The notes beneath the pieces are model-generated. The model saw nothing but the letters and a program-made list of their open reading frames with translations. It did no database searches and was not told where the DNA came from. From Candidatus Levyibacteriota bacterium (GTDB lineage: Bacteria > Patescibacteriota > Microgenomatia > Levybacterales > UBA12049), in assembly GCA_016199085.1 (NCBI GenBank), contig JACQHJ010000002.1:31000-94999 (forward strand): DNA of 64,000 nucleotides. The letters are read 5' to 3'. The position numbers and the translations under genes were made by a program. Positions 59,013 through 64,000 of this stretch are shown here, in pieces (the stretch's first letter is position 1; each line of letters opens with the position of its first letter).

Positions 59013-60228
59013 CGGGCAGACTGCCTAAAGTAACCGACTTTTGTTCTCCTGACTGCATGTTTTTTAAAATAAAGTCATCTTCGTTTACGATTAGAACAAA
59101 AGGAATTTGTTTTTTATCAGCATATTTTAACTGTTTTTCTAAAGTTGCATCTTCAAGAAAAATTTGTGTATTTAATCCTTTAGTTCTTAACTGATTTGCC
59201 GCCTCTAATGCTTTTTCTTCCAAATCAGAGGTTGAGAAGGCAATAAGAATGTTTTTGGAATTTAAATCTTTGGGAAATAAATCCAGAGTTTCCATTGCCT
59301 CCATTAGCCTATCAAATCCGAAAGCAAAACCAACGGCCGGAACATCAGATCCTTTAAATATACCTATTAAATTATCATATCTTCCGCCTCCCGCAATGGA
59401 ACCTACGTCATATCCGTCAATTTCCACTTCAAATATTACACCAGTATAGTAATCAAGACCTCTTGCAAGAGTAGGCAAGAATTCTACTAACTTTTCATCA
59501 ATCCCCATTTTGGAAAGAGCTGATAATATCTCTTGAATTTTAGGAGTTGGTTTTTGAGACTCAAGAGCTTCGATTAATGCTAATGCCTTTTGGTTATCTA
59601 CCCCATTATCTACAAGTTCTTCAATGACTTTTTCTTTGCCGATTTTTTTAAGTTTATCTATCGTTCTTACAACAACTGGAATATCTTTATCTGTAATTCC
59701 GCGATCAGACAGATTTTCAAAAACTTTTCTGTCATTAACTAAGACCTTGAAATTTTTAAAACCTAACTTTTCAAGACTTTTGGCAAGTACAGCAATGACT
59801 TCGGCGTCTGAAAGGGGAGAGTATACACCAACGATGTCAATATCAACCTGCAAAAATTCCCTATATCTTCCTTTTTGTGTATTTTCAGCCCTATATACAT
59901 TTTGCATCTGATACCTTTTAAAGGGGAGGGGAAGGGCGTTTTGGTATTGGGCTACCACTCTTGCCAAAGGAACTGTTTGGTCGTATTTTAAGGCTACCTT
60001 TCTTCCTCCGTTATCCGTAAACTTATACATTAATTTATCTCCTTCAGCCCCGTATTTGCCGGTTAATATTTCTTCGTATTCCAAGGCAGGGGTTTCCAAA
60101 GGCTCAAAGCCATAGGAGATAAACACTTTTCTCAAAGTGTCTAAAACAAACTGCCTCTTTAAGGAAGAAGTAGGCAGAAAATCACGAAAACCTTTTAATG
60201 TTTGAACGTTTACCATATTTTTAATCAT
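59002..60228 (-). CDS. hisS: Histidyl-tRNA synthetase
   Basis: LKGFRD, GRYREFLQ, RGLDYYTG and GGGRYD motifs (start at 60228 or 60216). Confidence 0.97.
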   Translation of the reverse strand: MIKNMVNVQTLKGFRDFLPTSSLKRQFVLDTLRKVFISYGFEPLETPALEYEEILTGKYGAEGDKLMYKFTDNGGRKVALKYDQTVPLARVVAQYQNALPLPFKRYQMQNVYRAENTQKGRYREFLQVDIDIVGVYSPLSDAEVIAVLAKSLEKLGFKNFKVLVNDRKVFENLSDRGITDKDIPVVVRTIDKLKKIGKEKVIEELVDNGVDNQKALALIEALESQKPTPKIQEILSALSKMGIDEKLVEFLPTLARGLDYYTGVIFEVEIDGYDVGSIAGGGRYDNLIGIFKGSDVPAVGFAFGFDRLMEAMETLDLFPKDLNSKNILIAFSTSDLEEKALEAANQLRTKGLNTQIFLEDATLEKQLKYADKKQIPFVLIVNEDDFILKNMQSGEQKSVTLGSLPDEL

Positions 60229-61013
60229 AACATTTTAGACAATATTATTGAAGCATCAAGTGCGGTTTGAATGGTCCTATCTACACTTAACTTTGCTTCA
60301 TTGGTATAGATCTTTGATTTTGGAACATCAAAACGGAGCTTATTCAATATCATGTCCTTGAGTGGCTCTGGATTCGCATTTACCGCCAAAACAGCACCTG
60401 TTTTTATTCCTCTAAGTGTGCCGATTAAGAATAATGGCGCACATTCCATCTCAGAGCTTATTAATGGAAAATACCATTCTCTCATTCGTTTATTTAAATA
60501 TATCTCTCCCCATTTTTTAAGATTTTGTGATTTTCCGTAAAAAGCGTCATGTGTTCTATTTATTCCTACGAAATAATTATACTTCAAATTCAAAGCAGCA
60601 ACTTTTAGTGCCTGAACAACATCCACATCAGCAACTGCTGGGAACTCAGCTGGCATATATTCCCTAGTTGTTCCTTCTTCACGAATACTTGCCGTAGGGA
60701 TTATAATCGATCCTACTTTAATCTCTTTTTTTAAAGATCCTCCACAAGTGCCTACTCTTATTATAATATTTGCACCCAAATTTATTGCTTCCTCGACAGC
60801 GATTGACGTAGATGGACTTCCAATTCCTGTAGATGTAACAGCAATTTTGACCCCTTTGTAAAATCCGACATATGTAATAAATTCTCTATAGCTTGATAAT
60901 TTTTTACTATATGATAAAAATTTTTTAGCAATATATTCAGCTCTTGCTGGGTCTCCAGGCATTAAGACAATTCTTGAATACTGACTTTTTGTGCATTTAA
61001 TATGATTTTGCAT
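60225..61013 (-). CDS. Nucleoside phosphorylase (uridine phosphorylase-like, NP-I)
   Basis: MPGDPAR, STGIGSPS, IRVGTCG, REEGTT, DAFY and EME motifs. Confidence 0.9.
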   Translation of the reverse strand: MQNHIKCTKSQYSRIVLMPGDPARAEYIAKKFLSYSKKLSSYREFITYVGFYKGVKIAVTSTGIGSPSTSIAVEEAINLGANIIIRVGTCGGSLKKEIKVGSIIIPTASIREEGTTREYMPAEFPAVADVDVVQALKVAALNLKYNYFVGINRTHDAFYGKSQNLKKWGEIYLNKRMREWYFPLISSEMECAPLFLIGTLRGIKTGAVLAVNANPEPLKDMILNKLRFDVPKSKIYTNEAKLSVDRTIQTALDASIILSKML

Positions 61014-61867
61014 TAAATTTCACCTCTCAATTCTTGCAAGGTTGCATTAAATAAATTTGCATCTTTTATATATTTTTGTAGAAAGTTATTTTTAATGGCT
61101 TCATATTTTCTCGTAGATCTCACGAAGCATGAAAGGCTATTTATGGGGGGTTGCCTAACATAATTTCCTCGTACAACACTAGAGGCGAAAACGAAATCAA
61201 CATCCTCAATTCCAGAAAGAAAACTATTTCTTGGTTCCACCATAATCCAAGTAGCAACCTTGCATTTAATTCCAGGATATCTACGTTTTAATTCCTTAGC
61301 TATTGTAGATGCAGTTTGTCCTGTTGCAACAACATCATCATAAATAATTGCTTCTTCCATTTGTGTAGGAAGAGTAGGGTAGTCAACGCTTAGATAAAAA
61401 GAACCTGGTCCTCGCATGATTCTTTGCGTTTGCAAAAAATACGTATTCTCATTTGATTGCATTCCTGAGATTTTAAACATTGCTCGCGCTCCTTCTCCGG
61501 GGAAAATTCTAGTTGTGTTGATTGTTGGTCGCTGCGAGTTTGTTAATAAATCTCCTAGATTGTTTGCTAGGGTAAATCCATCTACTACTTGAAGAGTAAT
61601 ACCAGAGGATGAGTTTAATAGTTTTGCTTTTTGGGTCAATTTTTCCAAAGGGCTTATGTCTTGAATAATTACGGCTCCATCAGCAATGCATGCTTGAGAA
61701 AAGGTGAGCGCAGGAAATCTAGCTCTAAGTTGTTCTGCCAAACCTGAGCTTGTACCAAGATCAGATAAATCTGGTCTTATTGTGGTAAAAGGAGTTTCTG
61801 ATGAATCAAAAATTACACCCCTTTTTCTATTAATTTGCAAATATTTTGTAGAATATTCTTTTTTCAT
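61013..61867 (-). CDS. Divergent type I phosphoribosyltransferase-like protein
   Basis: PRPP-binding loop IIYDDVVATGQT; the rest is unrecognised; TAATG-coupled to the phosphorylase. Confidence 0.7.
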   Translation of the reverse strand: MKKEYSTKYLQINRKRGVIFDSSETPFTTIRPDLSDLGTSSGLAEQLRARFPALTFSQACIADGAVIIQDISPLEKLTQKAKLLNSSSGITLQVVDGFTLANNLGDLLTNSQRPTINTTRIFPGEGARAMFKISGMQSNENTYFLQTQRIMRGPGSFYLSVDYPTLPTQMEEAIIYDDVVATGQTASTIAKELKRRYPGIKCKVATWIMVEPRNSFLSGIEDVDFVFASSVVRGNYVRQPPINSLSCFVRSTRKYEAIKNNFLQKYIKDANLFNATLQELRGEI

Positions 61868-61878
61868 ATTTTTCCACT

Positions 61879-61900
61879 AAAAAACCGCCTTTAGGCGGCT
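61879..61900 (-). terminator. Intrinsic terminator in the leader (attenuator 3:4 stem)
   Basis: Minus strand AGCCGCC-UAAA-GGCGGUUUUUU, 11 nt upstream of the ATG at 61867. Confidence 0.8.
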
Positions 61901-61927
61901 ATGATTTATTAAAACTAGTTTTTAAGC

Positions 61928-61990
61928 TCAACAATCACATCCGCCACCAAGACGGAAATGATGATTTAACGATATTAAGCTAATTTCCAT
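61928..61990 (-). CDS. Putative leader peptide MEISLISLNHHFRLGGGCDC
   Basis: 20-codon ORF 7 nt after TTGACA-N17-(TG)GAAAAT; overlaps alternative hairpins that compete with the terminator. Confidence 0.7.
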   Translation of the reverse strand: MEISLISLNHHFRLGGGCDC

Positions 61991-62027
61991 AAAAGGAATT
62001 TTCTCATAAACTTATTTAATTGTCAAA

Positions 62028-63053
62028 TTACTTATTTTCAGAAGCTTCTTGGGGATTAATAAAATAGATTCCAAGCTGTTTTATTACAATAACGGCAATT
62101 GCCAAAAGAGGAACTACAAATACAGCTCCTATTGCGCCTGCAATTTTAAATCCAATTATGATTGAAAGAAAAACAATAATAGGATGAAGCTTAAATGCAT
62201 TTCCCATAAGTTTGGGACCTAGTACGTTAAAAGCAACCTGTTGAATACCGACCAGTATGGCAAAGACCAAAACTGCTTCCAAAGGAGCATCGGGTCTTGT
62301 CACAAGTACAACAAAAGCAGGCGGAATTGCTCCTAAGAATTGTCCCAAAACAGGAATAACGGTTAGGATTCCAGCTATTAAAGAAGCTGAGGCAGCAAAG
62401 TTTACTCCCCAGGCTGTCATTACGATCCAGGTAGAAATTGCCGCAATTATTCCAAATATTATCTGAATTCTAAAAAATGAAGAAAAAGTTGTATCAATAA
62501 CGACTTGGATAAACTTGAAATGCTTTCTAAAAGACATCGGCAAAAGACTATAGATCTCGTTATTTATTCTTTCTTTGTCTACTATTAAATAAAAAGAAAG
62601 AATTAACATTAAAATTGTGTCAATTACTATTGTTGCCAAAGAGGGCAGTAAAGTAATTAGAATATCCAAAGACCTTGCGATTGAATTATTCCAAGCTTGG
62701 GCAAAGGCAGGATAGGTAGATAGGAATTTGGGAACAACTTTTGAAAGAGACTGCAATTGTTCTATGACTATTGGGATAAAAAGAAAAATTCCGACTGCAA
62801 ACAAAATCGCAAAGAACAAATAGATAATTAAAGCTGAAAACAATTTGGAAAGTTTGGTAACTTTGGACACAAAATTGACAAGAGGTTCCAAGACAAAACT
62901 TAAAAGCCAGGCTAGGACAAGCATGACTAAAATATCTGAGAAATTCGAAAGCACCTGCCAGAAGATTTGGAATAGATAGATAGAAACCGCTATGATCGAA
63001 AGAATAACGAGGATTCTAAAAGAAGTATATTGGTTTTTGAAATTCTCAATCAC
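62028..63053 (-). CDS. AI-2E (PerM) family transporter
   Basis: LEPLV, IPVLG and PKLMG..FKLHP motifs; multiple transmembrane helices. Confidence 0.92.
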   Translation of the reverse strand: MIENFKNQYTSFRILVILSIIAVSIYLFQIFWQVLSNFSDILVMLVLAWLLSFVLEPLVNFVSKVTKLSKLFSALIIYLFFAILFAVGIFLFIPIVIEQLQSLSKVVPKFLSTYPAFAQAWNNSIARSLDILITLLPSLATIVIDTILMLILSFYLIVDKERINNEIYSLLPMSFRKHFKFIQVVIDTTFSSFFRIQIIFGIIAAISTWIVMTAWGVNFAASASLIAGILTVIPVLGQFLGAIPPAFVVLVTRPDAPLEAVLVFAILVGIQQVAFNVLGPKLMGNAFKLHPIIVFLSIIIGFKIAGAIGAVFVVPLLAIAVIVIKQLGIYFINPQEASENK

Positions 63054-63068
63054 AAATTTATTATAGAA

Positions 63069-63824
63069 CTATTTTGTAATTGGAACAAGCTTTCTTCCGC
63101 TGCCTGTTGAAGGAACAACTGTAGGCTGATTAGGGTTTAGGTTGATTTTGCTGTTTGCACTAATTTCGGGAAAGATTATTATTCTTGAAGCCAAAATCTT
63201 TGTTTTGTCATTTTTTTGGAAAAAGCCTACTACAATAATCGGCTGAGTCTCTTTAATTTTAGAAAACCCTGATTTAGTCAGTTCTCCGTTGGTAAAAGAG
63301 TAGGTTTTGGTAATACTTTCAACATCAATACTGTTTTTTGCACCGTTTTCTTTGGCAACAGTAATAATAAAGTTTTCGGCATCAATTGAGTAAACTGCTC
63401 CGTAGATAAAGTTGGGGAGCTGGCTTTCTTCTTCGACGACTCTTGCCTGAAGCCTTTGAGACTGTTTATTATAAAGTCCTACCACTCCTAAATACATTCC
63501 TTTTTCAATGTCTGAAATTCCAAACGAATCATTTTCCTCTGAAGAAAACTTTGTTAATTCGTCTACGTCAATAAATCTCGTATTTCCGCTTGTTGTTTTT
63601 AGGGTAATTTGAGTATCTGATGCATCTGCTACTTCTCCATAAACTCCACGTTTTTCAACAAGATTTAATTGCGCAACCTTTGAAGCAATTTTGCTTTTTA
63701 ACTGGTCAATCTGGTCGGATAGATCAATGGGAGTTGGAGTTTTTGTCGGGCTTTGCGCAAAAGAGCCAGCCGCTAAAAACTGTATTAAAAAAATTGATGA
63801 AATGATAAGTAATATTTTTCTCAT
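63069..63824 (-). CDS. Secreted protein with two repeated beta (OB/DUF5666-like) domains
   Basis: Signal peptide; duplicated G.V....IT.......IDV...TK.....SDI...VVG pattern. Confidence 0.7.
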   Translation of the reverse strand: MRKILLIISSIFLIQFLAAGSFAQSPTKTPTPIDLSDQIDQLKSKIASKVAQLNLVEKRGVYGEVADASDTQITLKTTSGNTRFIDVDELTKFSSEENDSFGISDIEKGMYLGVVGLYNKQSQRLQARVVEEESQLPNFIYGAVYSIDAENFIITVAKENGAKNSIDVESITKTYSFTNGELTKSGFSKIKETQPIIVVGFFQKNDKTKILASRIIIFPEISANSKINLNPNQPTVVPSTGSGRKLVPITK

Positions 63825-63827
63825 AAA

Positions 63828-64000
63828 TTAAAAATCCTCTGTTGTATAAGAAACGACTCTTTCCTCTGTTAGTATTTCTCCGTTTGGCAAAATTGCCTGA
63901 ATTTTAATATAGTTTGGACCGTCGTCAATTGTAATAGTCGTTGTAAAATCTCCCTGCAAAGATGGTTTGACAACCTCCTGTCCCCCTACGGTTAAGATTA
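63828..64000 (-). CDS. Partial CDS, C-terminal Ig-like (glucodextranase-B-like) domain protein
   Basis: Open frame ...GDFTTTITIDDGPNYIKIQA...ERVVSYTTEDF*, truncated by the window edge. Confidence 0.65.
   Translation of the reverse strand, partial: ILTVGGQEVVKPSLQGDFTTTITIDDGPNYIKIQAILPNGEILTEERVVSYTTEDF

Noticed and set aside
197-63805. Many short antisense or nested ORFs in the six-frame track
   Set aside because: They are shadow frames of well-supported genes, with no motifs or expression signals.
1-64000. Alternative genetic code (UGA=Gly), tRNA/rRNA genes, IS elements, prophage
   Set aside because: Conserved genes are uninterrupted in code 11 and several end in TGA. I saw no cloverleaf, transposase, integrase or phage structural gene.

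Overview
AT-rich bacterial chromosome segment, standard code 11. Gene content and style (short EF-Ts, short RF1, split transketolase, DUF2090, DUF5667 anti-sigma, tightly packed genes) point to Patescibacteria/CPR, probably Microgenomates (inference). The backbone is housekeeping: tsf-frr, pgl/zwf/gnd, proS, rpsU-ybeY-dnaX-ybaB-prs-recR, cysS, tkt, ychF, rpsF-ssb-rpsR, ctpA, htrA, murB, prfA-rpmE, hisS. I saw no tRNA, rRNA, CRISPR array or transposase. Main observations: (1) a 20-codon His-His leader ORF with mutually exclusive protector, antiterminator and terminator hairpins upstream of a PRTase-like / nucleoside phosphorylase / hisS / EamA gene run; (2) a dispersed class of about 20 mostly Arg-rich, Lys-poor, singly inserted genes with charged N-termini, including divergent FabF-, PgeF-, VanX- and GNAT-like enzymes (candidate host-directed effectors, inference); (3) an ECF sigma/anti-sigma pair flanked by two matching promoter motifs, one driving an unannotated 24-aa peptide; (4) widespread leaderless promoters, including a zero-gap CAT|ATG divergent gene pair. 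All calls come from reading motifs by eye; no database searches were run.
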